A stretch of 64,000 nucleotides of DNA from a virus: IMG/VR virus record IMGVR_UViG_3300006916_000041, positions 96,001 to 160,000 of that record. One strand, written 5' to 3'. The notes beneath the pieces are model-generated. The model saw only the letters and a program-made list of their open reading frames with translations. It was not told the origin of the DNA and did no database searches. The position numbers and the translations under genes are program-made. Positions 19,152-28,831 of the stretch are shown here, piece by piece; positions within the stretch are counted from its first letter, which is position 1, and the number at the start of each line of letters is the position of its first letter.

Positions 19152-19554
19152 TTGGAAAAAGCCTACTGCACAAATGCTCGGACGTTGGCAACCTTGGCAT
19201 GATGGTCATACAGAATTATTTAAAAAAGCACTAGCAGAAACTGGACAAGTTTGTATCATGGTACGTGATGTGGGAGGCATTATTGGCGAAGATGCTGGTG
19301 CCGGACGTACAGTAACACAAGACGATAATCCATTCGAATGGAAGCAAGTTAGACAAAACATTATTGCAGGACTAAACAAAGCAGGGTATTTGATTGGTAT
19401 AGATTACGAAATTATGAAAGTACCAAACATTGTTGATATTAGTTATGGACGTGGTGTTGGATACACATTTACTGAACATGATCTTGGAGAAGCAATTCAC
19501 AACATCAGTGCTACAAAAATTAGAGCAAAGATGAGAGAGGAAGGCGAACTTTGA
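19144..19554 (+). CDS. HxGH nucleotidyltransferase (cytidylyltransferase-like)
   Basis: GRWQPWHDGH, DNPF, ISATKIR. Confidence 0.8.
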   Translation: MFDWKKPTAQMLGRWQPWHDGHTELFKKALAETGQVCIMVRDVGGIIGEDAGAGRTVTQDDNPFEWKQVRQNIIAGLNKAGYLIGIDYEIMKVPNIVDISYGRGVGYTFTEHDLGEAIHNISATKIRAKMREEGEL

Positions 19555-20405
19555 AGCAGTATTTAGATGCACTTAAACATATCCTAGATAATGGAGAACA
19601 AGTAAGTGATCGTACTGGAGTAGGTACAAAGAGCGTGTTTGGATATCAAATGCGCTTTGATTTACAAGAAGGTTTTCCTGCTGTTACAACAAAACGACTT
19701 GCATGGAAGAGTGTAGTAGGAGAACTGTTATGGTTCTTAGAAGGTAGCAGTGACGAACGCAGACTTGCTGAAATTACATTTGAAAAGCCCCGACGTGAAC
19801 TAATTGATAAGAAAACTATCTGGACTGCTAATGCCGATAAACAAGGTATAGACTTGGGTTATCGTAACGACGACTTGGTTAAAGAACTTGGCCCTGTGTA
19901 TGGAGTACAGTGGAGAGACTTTGGTGGTGTTGATCAAATCAAGTGGCTCATAAACGAAATTAAAAATAATCCAGACAGTAGACGCATTATACTAAGTGCA
20001 TGGAATCCAACTCAAGTTGACAAAATGGCACTTCCTCCTTGTCATACTATGGCACAGTTTAGAGTGACAAATAGTCGTTTAAGTTGTCAACTATACCAGC
20101 GTAGTGCTGACATGTTCTTGGGCGTCCCATTTAACATTGCAAGTTACAGTTTGCTCACAGTTATACTAGCACACATATGTGATTTAGAACCGGGAGACTT
20201 TGTATGGACAGGCGGAGATTGTCACATATACAACAATCATACGGAACAAGTAAAACAACAGATTGCTCGTAAACCCGACAAGTTGCCAGGTCTAGCAGTG
20301 CCACTGTTTCATGATTTAGAAACACTGCTAACATGCAAACCAAGTGAGTTTATTCTGGTAGAATACAACCCACAACCCAGTATTAAGGCACCAATGGCAG
20401 TATAA
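19551..20405 (+). CDS. thyA: Thymidylate synthase
   Basis: DRTGVGT, ELLWFL, LGPVYG.QWR, MALPPCH, YQRSADMFLGVPFNIASY. Confidence 0.97.
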   Translation: MKQYLDALKHILDNGEQVSDRTGVGTKSVFGYQMRFDLQEGFPAVTTKRLAWKSVVGELLWFLEGSSDERRLAEITFEKPRRELIDKKTIWTANADKQGIDLGYRNDDLVKELGPVYGVQWRDFGGVDQIKWLINEIKNNPDSRRIILSAWNPTQVDKMALPPCHTMAQFRVTNSRLSCQLYQRSADMFLGVPFNIASYSLLTVILAHICDLEPGDFVWTGGDCHIYNNHTEQVKQQIARKPDKLPGLAVPLFHDLETLLTCKPSEFILVEYNPQPSIKAPMAV

Positions 20406-20459
20406 CAAGTACGTTATACTGCCATTGTAATTATAATATATTTACTCTAATAAACGAAA

Positions 20460-20723
20460 TCAGATAGTTTCTTTTAAAACATCACTGGTGGTAAAATTTA
20501 ATGCTGGTCCTGCTTCTTTTTCTGCTTTCAATGTAGCATGATCAGCTTCACTTGCAAAAATTTTTACGCAACGCACACTAGTAGGACTTGCTAGAGTAAT
20601 AGATCCACTAGTAACCAATGGATTAGTTGTTCCGCAATTTCCGTGTTCTGCCTTCCACTCGTTTACACTAGCATATGTATTACCACTAGTTGTTGTAAGT
20701 ATATTAGTTACTCTATATGCCAT
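20460..20723 (-). CDS. Small Thr/Ser-rich late protein
   Basis: AGGAGA RBS; upstream AATAAATA at 20756-20763. Confidence 0.75.
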   Translation of the reverse strand: MAYRVTNILTTTSGNTYASVNEWKAEHGNCGTTNPLVTSGSITLASPTSVRCVKIFASEADHATLKAEKEAGPALNFTTSDVLKETI

Positions 20724-20761
20724 GTTGTTTTCTCCTGTCACATAATTTATAAGTGTATTTA

Positions 20762-21361
20762 TTAATAAAATCCAAATGCCCAGTATTTTTCTTTACACCA
20801 CCAGCATGTTTTACAAGGTCTAGGCGCTGTTAAACTTTCACAGCTTACTGTTAAATCTGACAGTTCTTGCAACTGATGTTGTTTATATAGTTCAGCAACA
20901 TAACGTTTATCCTGGTTTATAAATGGCTGATAATGATAAATTCCGTTACGGCTCACACTGCGCCATTCTCTTGTAACATCTCTGGTTTCATCACGTCCTT
21001 CTGTTTGTAACTCTGGAGGATTTGTTGTCATACCACTTAGTATTCCAGTAACATTATATTTTTCTACCAATTCTTTTGTTTGTTTTGCTCTTCCGCCTGC
21101 TTTTGCTGTTTCCCTGTCAGGAAGAAATCCTATACGATGCTCTATAATACGATTTGGAAAATTACTATCCAAATATTTTTTTATTTTTTCGACATTGTCT
21201 AAATTATAATTTTGCATATGAGCGAAACAAATAGTACTCAGTACTATTTTACATTCTGGTTTATAATTCATTACTAAAAATGTAAGTAATGCACTATCTA
21301 ATCCGCCACTTAGTGTACTCAAATAAACACCTTCGTTTGGAATTAGGTCAATTTTTTCCAT
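20762..21361 (-). CDS. QueC-like PP-loop ATPase
   Basis: LSGGLDS; TVSCE...CKTCWWCKE Zn motif. Confidence 0.8.
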   Translation of the reverse strand: MEKIDLIPNEGVYLSTLSGGLDSALLTFLVMNYKPECKIVLSTICFAHMQNYNLDNVEKIKKYLDSNFPNRIIEHRIGFLPDRETAKAGGRAKQTKELVEKYNVTGILSGMTTNPPELQTEGRDETRDVTREWRSVSRNGIYHYQPFINQDKRYVAELYKQHQLQELSDLTVSCESLTAPRPCKTCWWCKEKYWAFGFY

Positions 21362-22476
21362 AATTCTTCTCTACTATTTTTGTTTAGTTCAGAGCAAATT
21401 TTATCCATAGTAGCACCATTAAATGAAGTAACACAATGGTCACTACCATACCCAGCAATGTCAGGATTATATTCTGCTATTGTATTGAAAAAATCTAGTG
21501 CGCCTCGATAACTTTGTTGACTGCTTCTGAGGATATTAGCTGGTAGTCGTTTTAAAGCACCGTTCCACCAAAAAGCACCTTTGCCTGTTAAGTCTAAACC
21601 AGCAAGGGTGTTGCGTAACATTTGATTATCGCCAAAATTACACACATTATAAGTATGTTGACACTGTTGATATCTGTGCCAATGTTCTGACCATTTATCA
21701 CCAAAAGTATCTTGTACATGTTGCCAAACATTTTTAGTTGCAGGACTAAAACTACGAAGTTTATGTATTCCGTTATATACTTCTAATAGTTCAAACTTCT
21801 CATACAAATGATCTATCCAAGCATAAAAATTGTTTCCATCCCAATTTTCGATTGTGTACTTTCTTACTCGTAAACTCATAGGACTTACATCCAAGTGATG
21901 CACATTGGTATTGTTGTCAAACGAGCTTAAATTTAACACATAATTTATATAGAATCCACTGCTCACAGTCATTACAAAATCTAGATGTTCGTGTGTTGGT
22001 TTTGGCCTGGGTATTTCATTATGAATTACGTAAGATATATTGCTATTTGCAACAACTGAATTCATAACGCTAGTATGAGTTGCCGAAAAACTATCATCAG
22101 TGCTTGGGTCTACACACGGAAAAGACACAGGCATTTCTAGTTTCCAGTCACTTTCTCCACGAGAATTATACACAGTCACATTATCATGAAGTTTAACTAC
22201 ACCAACGTTTGTACTTAAAACTTTTGTTCTTAAATTGCCTTCCCAATTTGCAGACCAACGATTATAATCAAAAATAACACCAGGCTTTAACTGTACTGTA
22301 ACTTCGTATTTGCTTAAATCCACTTTTGATATATCGTCTGTAATGATAAATTCATGTCCTCGGTCTTGTTCAAATCTATCAGCCATACAATAATCGTAAT
22401 TTAATTGTGTATAGTTTTTGGCTACTTGATATCTCCAAGTATCAGTACCATTGTCTAATAATACTATTGCTATCAT
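21343..22476 (-). CDS. Hypothetical protein (paralog of 33857-35128)
   Basis: Shared TVSSG...D....L.....ENWDG block. Confidence 0.7.
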   Translation of the reverse strand: MIAIVLLDNGTDTWRYQVAKNYTQLNYDYCMADRFEQDRGHEFIITDDISKVDLSKYEVTVQLKPGVIFDYNRWSANWEGNLRTKVLSTNVGVVKLHDNVTVYNSRGESDWKLEMPVSFPCVDPSTDDSFSATHTSVMNSVVANSNISYVIHNEIPRPKPTHEHLDFVMTVSSGFYINYVLNLSSFDNNTNVHHLDVSPMSLRVRKYTIENWDGNNFYAWIDHLYEKFELLEVYNGIHKLRSFSPATKNVWQHVQDTFGDKWSEHWHRYQQCQHTYNVCNFGDNQMLRNTLAGLDLTGKGAFWWNGALKRLPANILRSSQQSYRGALDFFNTIAEYNPDIAGYGSDHCVTSFNGATMDKICSELNKNSREELWKKLT

Positions 22477-23189
22477 GTTAACCTCGGTTCAATATCTTCA
22501 AAATTATAGTATGCAAACTGTGTATCAAATGTTACATCTCTACTAGGATCCTTTTTGTAGAAAAAGTATCCTTCTAAACTCTTAATCCACTTATTGTTTT
22601 CGTCTGTTATATTCCAGAACTCTCTCCAGTGTCTACTGGTCGCTGTATGTACGTGCAAGTCTTTTTTAAATATCCATTGTCTACAGTCTCGAAGTTCCTG
22701 TTTTATCATTCGTTTTGCTGTCTCTTCGTCTTTGTAGTATGAATGATAGGTAGGATATGTAATATCAAAGCCGCCAGCACCAAACCATCCAGTGTAACAC
22801 TGTTGTAATGGTCTAAACACTACGATAATTTTACTGGTTGGAAAGGTTTCTGTAATCCAGTCTAATCGATTACTAATACAATGACTTTTAACAATACGGT
22901 ATTGATCATAATGAGGTTCAAACCAAGCACGATCTATCTCGTCTAGTATTTCTTGTTTGCTGCAACAACTTATATCATCCCAATAATTTCCAAATTCAAA
23001 TCCCGGACCAAAGTAACTGCCCAAATGACTAGCACTGTTGAACTTTTCAGGGTGTATGTATTCACGTTCAGGACTTCTGTCATGTGTATTAATTTTTATT
23101 TTAGGAGTCATACTAAGAACATTAGCTACTGCACTCCATTTACTTCCAGGTGCACCTGTAAGAAATATCAACTTACTTTCGTCGATCAT
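22473..23189 (-). CDS. Sulfotransferase-like P-loop protein
   Basis: FLTGAPGSKWS, IVKSH, IIVVFR. Confidence 0.55.
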   Translation of the reverse strand: MIDESKLIFLTGAPGSKWSAVANVLSMTPKIKINTHDRSPEREYIHPEKFNSASHLGSYFGPGFEFGNYWDDISCCSKQEILDEIDRAWFEPHYDQYRIVKSHCISNRLDWITETFPTSKIIVVFRPLQQCYTGWFGAGGFDITYPTYHSYYKDEETAKRMIKQELRDCRQWIFKKDLHVHTATSRHWREFWNITDENNKWIKSLEGYFFYKKDPSRDVTFDTQFAYYNFEDIEPRLT

Positions 23190-23979
23190 CCAAATCTCCT
23201 ATAAAATTTTTCATTAAATTGTAATCTTTTTTTGTAACAGTTAAAACTCTACTGTCATTGATACAACGTCTCTTTTCCATGTTATTCGAGATACGTTCTT
23301 TTGTGTATTTAACAAAGTCTCCGGTGTTACGATTTTCCCAAACATCTTGAACTGTGAAATTTTTACCTAATTTGTCTGCTAGTTCTTGCAAAAATTGACC
23401 ATGTTTTGTTTGTTCACCGTTCATCCATTGATGTTTTAAATATCCTGGAAACTTTGCACTGGTATTCATATAGCGTTCAACAGTACTTGCAACATCACTA
23501 ACAATGTTTATTATTTTACTGTTAGGAAATATTTCTAATAACTCCATTGGTAAACTGTGACTGCAAAACAACAAGTAACAGTCAAACGATTGTGCACCAG
23601 ATAGCAAGTATTGAGGAGCAAAATGTTTGGTATAATATTCGTGCCAACAAGGTACAAAATCTTTTACATAATCATGTGTAGGTGGTAGCATTACCCCGTT
23701 AGGCATAACACGATTGAAATGGCGTCTAGACACCTTGCGTTCTCGAATACTTGTGTGTGATATATTCCACGGATGTACACCGTTATCGCTGTTACTGTAC
23801 CAATGCACTTGCGGTAATGTACACAAAACTCTACCCACGGTGTGACCAAATGCACCTGGCTCAAAACTCACAAACAAATAATTTGTACGTTCAAATACGT
23901 CCGAGAAAGTAGTACATTTCGTTTTTTTGTTCAACAATATCTCCTGTTGCAAACCAATCATCATACACACATATGTCAC
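23173..23979 (-). CDS. Sulfotransferase-like hypothetical protein (start uncertain, probably near 23937)
   Basis: FEPGAFGH loop, CSH, FPNSKIINI. Confidence 0.5.
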   Translation of the reverse strand: MTYVCMMIGLQQEILLNKKTKCTTFSDVFERTNYLFVSFEPGAFGHTVGRVLCTLPQVHWYSNSDNGVHPWNISHTSIRERKVSRRHFNRVMPNGVMLPPTHDYVKDFVPCWHEYYTKHFAPQYLLSGAQSFDCYLLFCSHSLPMELLEIFPNSKIINIVSDVASTVERYMNTSAKFPGYLKHQWMNGEQTKHGQFLQELADKLGKNFTVQDVWENRNTGDFVKYTKERISNNMEKRRCINDSRVLTVTKKDYNLMKNFIGDLDDRRK

Positions 23980-24574
23980 CTTTAACCCACAACTGTTTTG
24001 CTTCGATAGTTGTTTCGCACCAAGCAGTATCTCCCATAACAGTTTCGGTGAAGTTTACATGCATGCCAGGTTTAAAGGTTTTGTTAATAGCACAAGGACC
24101 TATCTCTGTCATTCCCCAATTGACAATAAATGTACAACCTTGATCAATAAAATTTTGTATTATTTTACTATCTACTCTGTCGCTACCACACATAACTGTG
24201 ATGCCATTCAAATTTAATTTTTGAAAACTTTTTGTTTTAATTACAGCTCTGGCCATATCTGGTGTTAAATGACTGTGTGTATAATCTTGTATTTGTCTAG
24301 TCCAAGCATATGCGTTGAAAGGTTGTATTTCAATGTGTGCATCAACTTCATGTGCTGGCAGTGTTTGTGCTAGTAATCCTCCTGCATGTTTTAGTGTACA
24401 CACTGTGAGTACTCTACTATTTTTATCGATTTGCTGGCATTCTCGAGCCGCACTGTTTGCAGCCCGAAGTTTTTCAACACTTTGCCAAATACGTTTAGGT
24501 TCGCCAGTTGTACCACTGGTTTGTAAAAAACAACCTTCAGTTAGTGTCTTTTTTAAAGTTTTTTTCAGTTCCAT
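23891..24574 (-). CDS. Truncated AMP-binding (ANL adenylation) enzyme
   Basis: TSGTTGEPK, WGMTE, TGD, ends at LGRI. Confidence 0.8.
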   Translation of the reverse strand: MELKKTLKKTLTEGCFLQTSGTTGEPKRIWQSVEKLRAANSAARECQQIDKNSRVLTVCTLKHAGGLLAQTLPAHEVDAHIEIQPFNAYAWTRQIQDYTHSHLTPDMARAVIKTKSFQKLNLNGITVMCGSDRVDSKIIQNFIDQGCTFIVNWGMTEIGPCAINKTFKPGMHVNFTETVMGDTAWCETTIEAKQLWVKGDICVYDDWFATGDIVEQKNEMYYFLGRI

Positions 24575-24752
24575 CTGTAATCTTTTTTGCTAGTCTATAC
24601 GGTGTAAATGCAAACACCCAAGGTACAAATGCATGTATAGTGCCAGTTATAAAAACCAACAATGCTAAAAAATTATAATACATTGCATAACCCAAGTGAC
24701 GAAAATAGCCACTACGAGCCTTTTTTAAATGTTTAAGGTCAAAATCCATCAT
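24537..24752 (-). CDS. Small membrane protein (DUF6356-like)
   Basis: HL....GYFRHL..A...IHAFVPW. Confidence 0.6.
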   Translation of the reverse strand: MMDFDLKHLKKARSGYFRHLGYAMYYNFLALLVFITGTIHAFVPWVFAFTPYRLAKKITDGTEKNFKKDTN

Positions 24753-25267
24753 AAAATCCTTTTTCTTATTTCAAAATATCTGTCTACGTTCAATCTCCAT
24801 ATACTTTGCCAAGTGTGAAATATTTCTGCATCGCCCATATATTCCACCATACCTCCTTTAGCCATTACACTAAAACTACGATGTATTCGATTCATTCTTC
24901 CACTGGCATCATTACTTACATTAGTAGTTATATATAATGCATGCCCGCCAGCAAACTCTATTTGTTTAGGTAACTGTTCACTGATACAATAACTTTGCAT
25001 TTGGTATCTAGTAAGACTATTTATAGGGCGAGTTTCTAACTGTGCTCCTCTGAACAAACCACGATATCCATCTTCAAACTTGTGTATGCCACTTATACTA
25101 ACTAGTTTATCGTTAACACTTGTGCCATACCAAGCACCATTTTCTAAACACCAGTCCCATTTCATTGCTTTAAGACTGCTATTATTTTTAAATCCACGAT
25201 TTTCACATTCGCTTATATAATCCATAACACTGTCGTCAGGTGTATAAAGTCTTTTAGTCTGGATCAT
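24749..25267 (-). CDS. Hypothetical protein, possible GNAT fold
   Basis: LVSISGIH...RGLFRG...LYITTN; weak resemblance. Confidence 0.5.
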   Translation of the reverse strand: MIQTKRLYTPDDSVMDYISECENRGFKNNSSLKAMKWDWCLENGAWYGTSVNDKLVSISGIHKFEDGYRGLFRGAQLETRPINSLTRYQMQSYCISEQLPKQIEFAGGHALYITTNVSNDASGRMNRIHRSFSVMAKGGMVEYMGDAEIFHTWQSIWRLNVDRYFEIRKRIL

Positions 25268-26078
25268 AGTCTGTCAAGTCCATTGTTTGCATCATGCTGT
25301 CTTCTAATGAATCAGTTAGCTGATCGAAAAAGTTTTCGCGATAAAGATCTACTGAGTTATCTTTCAGTAACTGATAATTAGCATCTGCATAATTTTTAAA
25401 ACTGATTTTATCTAATTCGATGTTTAAGTATTCCTCTAACTTGGCTGTATTTGCATTATATACTAAATCTGCAATATCAAAATAAGTATATCCTTCTTCC
25501 TTTTTGAACGACAGATTGCACTGTTGTTCGTAAATTTTAAAATAGCCTTTAATATATTCTCTGAGATTAAACTGACTATTGACCATAATATTATTATAAT
25601 AACATAGATACTTCCATTTATGAAACTTTGTTATTAATTCCGTGCGAACAGGTTCTGGCGTGTCTTTGAGTTGTTGTAATCTTTCTTTATGAGGTTCTTC
25701 AAGTATCGAGTGACTTTTATAAATCCACATAGCATAACTTAGCTTTATAATGTCTGTATTTTTGGTGTACAATCTTACTAAATTAACATCATCATTGTTA
25801 AATTCGTTAAAGTGATAAGCAGGTCTGAAGCGATGTGTAGGCAGAACCAAGTCTTTATAATTATAAAATTTGTTTAATTTATCTACTACCTCTTTTGTAA
25901 TATTATTTTTTGTAACTTTAACTTCCCAGCCAAAAATATCTTTAGTCAAGCAAGGCAGTTCGTATCTGTTAACACCATTGGGCTGTAACTTGATTTTATA
26001 ATAACTTTCATTTTTGTGTATCTGAGTGGCAACAAAATCGCCACTACAGCCTTGCGGATAACTCAATATTGTAATCAT
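25254..26078 (-). CDS. Hypothetical protein, sulfotransferase-like
   Basis: SYPQGCSGDF loop, PTH; similar N-terminus to 23173. Confidence 0.5.
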   Translation of the reverse strand: MITILSYPQGCSGDFVATQIHKNESYYKIKLQPNGVNRYELPCLTKDIFGWEVKVTKNNITKEVVDKLNKFYNYKDLVLPTHRFRPAYHFNEFNNDDVNLVRLYTKNTDIIKLSYAMWIYKSHSILEEPHKERLQQLKDTPEPVRTELITKFHKWKYLCYYNNIMVNSQFNLREYIKGYFKIYEQQCNLSFKKEEGYTYFDIADLVYNANTAKLEEYLNIELDKISFKNYADANYQLLKDNSVDLYRENFFDQLTDSLEDSMMQTMDLTDYDPD

Positions 26079-26079
26079 C

Positions 26080-26087
26080 TATAAATA
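26080..26087 (+). promoter_or_regulatory. T4-type late promoter
   Basis: TATAAATA, 5 nt before ATG at 26093. Confidence 0.7.
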
Positions 26088-26092
26088 CCTGT

Positions 26093-26653
26093 ATGAAAAA
26101 ATCTTTACTGTTTAGTGGCGGTGTCGAAAGTACTTTACTATACTACGAATTACTAAAAAATGCAAGTGAAAACAATAGTCTAAATATATTTATTCTTGAC
26201 AGAGACAATAAGCCAATACAAAAAGCATTATCAGTTTACAACCTTATTAAAGATTCATTTGATGATACCGCAAGTACGTGTAATATTTTAGAAGTGCCTG
26301 AGGGACTTAATAATACAAAACGAATGATGTGGGCAGTAAACGAACTAAGTACGTTATCGGATGAAATTTATTGGGGTATAAATGCATACTTTGATCACAT
26401 AAAACCCAATCAGCAAATTTTTAAAAATGTTGATGAAAAAATAAAAAGATATCCGCAACTTCGATTTCCTTATCTTAATTACACAAAAGATAAAATAATA
26501 GAAAAGTATATTAAATATAACATAGAATGGATACTTGAACATACGCATAGTTGTGGTTTACCCGAAAACCAACCGTGTGGTAATTGTTTTAACTGCCGAG
26601 AACGTGAATATGCTTATCAATTACAAGGTCTAGATTTACATAGAGGAATATAA
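26093..26653 (+). CDS. QueC-like PP-loop ATPase
   Basis: FSGGVES; THSC...CGNCFNCRER. Confidence 0.8.
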   Translation: MKKSLLFSGGVESTLLYYELLKNASENNSLNIFILDRDNKPIQKALSVYNLIKDSFDDTASTCNILEVPEGLNNTKRMMWAVNELSTLSDEIYWGINAYFDHIKPNQQIFKNVDEKIKRYPQLRFPYLNYTKDKIIEKYIKYNIEWILEHTHSCGLPENQPCGNCFNCREREYAYQLQGLDLHRGI

Positions 26654-27183
26654 TGCTAGTACAAAATATAGGAAAATATCCAAGATATAACGAACTAAAA
26701 ACTTTTGTTATGGACTTTTATAACGAGTATGATTTACACAATAGTGGACAATATGCTCTTCAAGGAAAAGATAAACACGACGGGCAATTCTGTTGTTTAC
26801 GTCAAAAGTTCGGCGGAACGTTCACAGGACATGATGATCGTACACACAGCACCCTACTAGAAATATTCGAAGGTACTGAAATTGAAACGCTGTTTAACTG
26901 GTTAAGTGATTATACTGTTTGCAGAAGTCGGATATTTGTACTAGGACAAGGAAATAAAAGTGAGTACGGTATCCACACAGATCCAACAAAAAGATTACAT
27001 GTACCTATCGTAACCAATGAAAGCTGTGGATTTAATTTTTATGATGAGAATAAAAGTTTAGTTCATACTGATTTTTTATCAGCAGACGGAAGTGTGTATA
27101 TTGTAGATACTACTGTGTTTCATAATACACAGAATACCAACAACGAAGATCGTATTCATGTTGTGTGTAGTTACTATGATTAA
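26653..27183 (+). CDS. Asp/Asn beta-hydroxylase-like 2OG oxygenase
   Basis: RSRI, IHTD, RLHVPIVTN, FHNT.N...RIHVV. Confidence 0.8.
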   Translation: MLVQNIGKYPRYNELKTFVMDFYNEYDLHNSGQYALQGKDKHDGQFCCLRQKFGGTFTGHDDRTHSTLLEIFEGTEIETLFNWLSDYTVCRSRIFVLGQGNKSEYGIHTDPTKRLHVPIVTNESCGFNFYDENKSLVHTDFLSADGSVYIVDTTVFHNTQNTNNEDRIHVVCSYYD

Positions 27184-28130
27184 GGCTTAATTTTTTTAGT
27201 TGCTATTTCAGGTACACAAGCACATTTGTTAGCAATACACGGAGCAGGGTTATCCATTAGTGCAAAGTCTGGATCTCTGATATCACCAATTGGTTTATTA
27301 ATTTCTCCCCAACAACGATATACTTTGTTTTCATGAATACGTATAAAATTAACGCCTGCCCAACATGTCCAGCCTTTAAAACTTAAATAAGGATTTGCTT
27401 TTGGAGCAAGTCCGTTAAGTTCATTTGCATGTAGTGCAATTGTTTTATCACCTGCAGTAACTTCTAACTGTTTACCGCCGCCAGAAGATATCTGATATTC
27501 TCTAATAGTGTCAAGCTGATCAGATGAATACTTCATTGCTGTTTGAACAGGGTATTTGTGATTTTTTGTTGGTCGTATTCTGCGGATTGTATATGGTATA
27601 TTATTTGCTTTGTAATACTCTATTGATTCGATAACACTGTCTTCGTGTTGTGCATGATACATAACTTGTACTTGCATACCTTTTTTGCCACGATGTTCAT
27701 TTATAAATTTCATTTTAGGCAAAAATATTTCGTTTTTTGCATGTTCAAAATGTTGACTAAATGTTATATCGCTAAACGACGGATAGATGTCAATGTAATA
27801 TTGTGCTGTTCTGGAACCATTGGTAGTTAGATCAACAGGCAAATTTTTATCTGACAGAAACTTGCAAAGTATTTCAAACTCAGGATGTACTGTAGGTTCA
27901 CCACCTGTAAAGTTTATTTTTAATTTATTACCAAACTTTTCAATCATCTTACTGATAGTATCAATGGTATACTTGATATCAGTGTGCGGACTAAAGTTGT
28001 CATGATTCATGTCATGACAATAACTGCAATCATAATTACACCTTTTACCAACAAACCATTCAACATGCAACTCTTGATTACACACGTCAGGAAATCTTTT
28101 TACTTGCGTTATTTCTTCTAACTTTATCAT
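27180..28130 (-). CDS. Radical SAM enzyme with C-terminal Cys cluster
   Basis: CNYDCSYC, TGGEP, TTNG; CWAG...RC...C...CAC. Confidence 0.92.
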   Translation of the reverse strand: MIKLEEITQVKRFPDVCNQELHVEWFVGKRCNYDCSYCHDMNHDNFSPHTDIKYTIDTISKMIEKFGNKLKINFTGGEPTVHPEFEILCKFLSDKNLPVDLTTNGSRTAQYYIDIYPSFSDITFSQHFEHAKNEIFLPKMKFINEHRGKKGMQVQVMYHAQHEDSVIESIEYYKANNIPYTIRRIRPTKNHKYPVQTAMKYSSDQLDTIREYQISSGGGKQLEVTAGDKTIALHANELNGLAPKANPYLSFKGWTCWAGVNFIRIHENKVYRCWGEINKPIGDIRDPDFALMDNPAPCIANKCACVPEIATKKIKP

Positions 28131-28156
28131 TGAATTATTGTGTGCAGTTACTATGA

Positions 28157-28795
28157 TTAAACTCTAACTACTTTTAAAGGAACTTTTTTATGAGCTTCTA
28201 CTTTTTCTCCTGTGAAGTGCTCTTCTCTGCGGTTTCTTGTATCATCTTTGATTCCGATACCCATCATTAAAATAGCATCTTCATCGTCTTGTAAATTTAA
28301 AATTTCCTTAACAGCTTCACCGTCAAAACATTTATTACATCCACAACGATAACCTAGCATACTTGCTGTGAGATTTGAAAATCCTGCAGCCACCCCAATT
28401 GCTTGATGCATGTCCACATGTAAATTATAAAGACTTTCTTCATCCCATGCTCTAGTTTCATTGTTTCTGTAACTTTGATTTGTACTTACTACATCTGGAT
28501 TTTTAACAAATACCAATAGTAATTGACCTAGTACCTGCGGATTAAACCTTCCCTTTACAGTCTTAGTAGTTTGATAAATTCTTTCAATTGTAGATCTATC
28601 TTGTACAGCATATACACTAAAAAAGTCTAGATTTTGTTTACTGGGTGCTTGTGTTGCTGCATGAATTAATAGTTCTACATCAGCCTCTGGCATTGTTTGT
28701 TCTAAATCATAATTACGCTGACAGTGTTGTCCAACCAAGTGACTTTTTTTTAGTTTAGTCCTTAAACTATCTTTTTGGATTATAAGTTCTGTCAT
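28157..28795 (-). CDS. Nitroreductase-family flavoprotein
   Basis: QRNYD, AATQAPSKQN, GVAAG...ASMLG. Confidence 0.8.
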   Translation of the reverse strand: MTELIIQKDSLRTKLKKSHLVGQHCQRNYDLEQTMPEADVELLIHAATQAPSKQNLDFFSVYAVQDRSTIERIYQTTKTVKGRFNPQVLGQLLLVFVKNPDVVSTNQSYRNNETRAWDEESLYNLHVDMHQAIGVAAGFSNLTASMLGYRCGCNKCFDGEAVKEILNLQDDEDAILMMGIGIKDDTRNRREEHFTGEKVEAHKKVPLKVVRV

Positions 28796-28819
28796 ATTCT
28801 CTCTCACGTTTTATGTTAA

Positions 28820-28827
28820 TATTTATA
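28820..28827 (-). promoter_or_regulatory. T4-type late promoter
   Basis: TATAAATA upstream of the nitroreductase. Confidence 0.65.
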
Positions 28828-28831
28828 TATT

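Noticed and set aside
19551-20405. Group I intron in td, as in T4
   Set aside because: The ORF is continuous with all motifs present at normal length.
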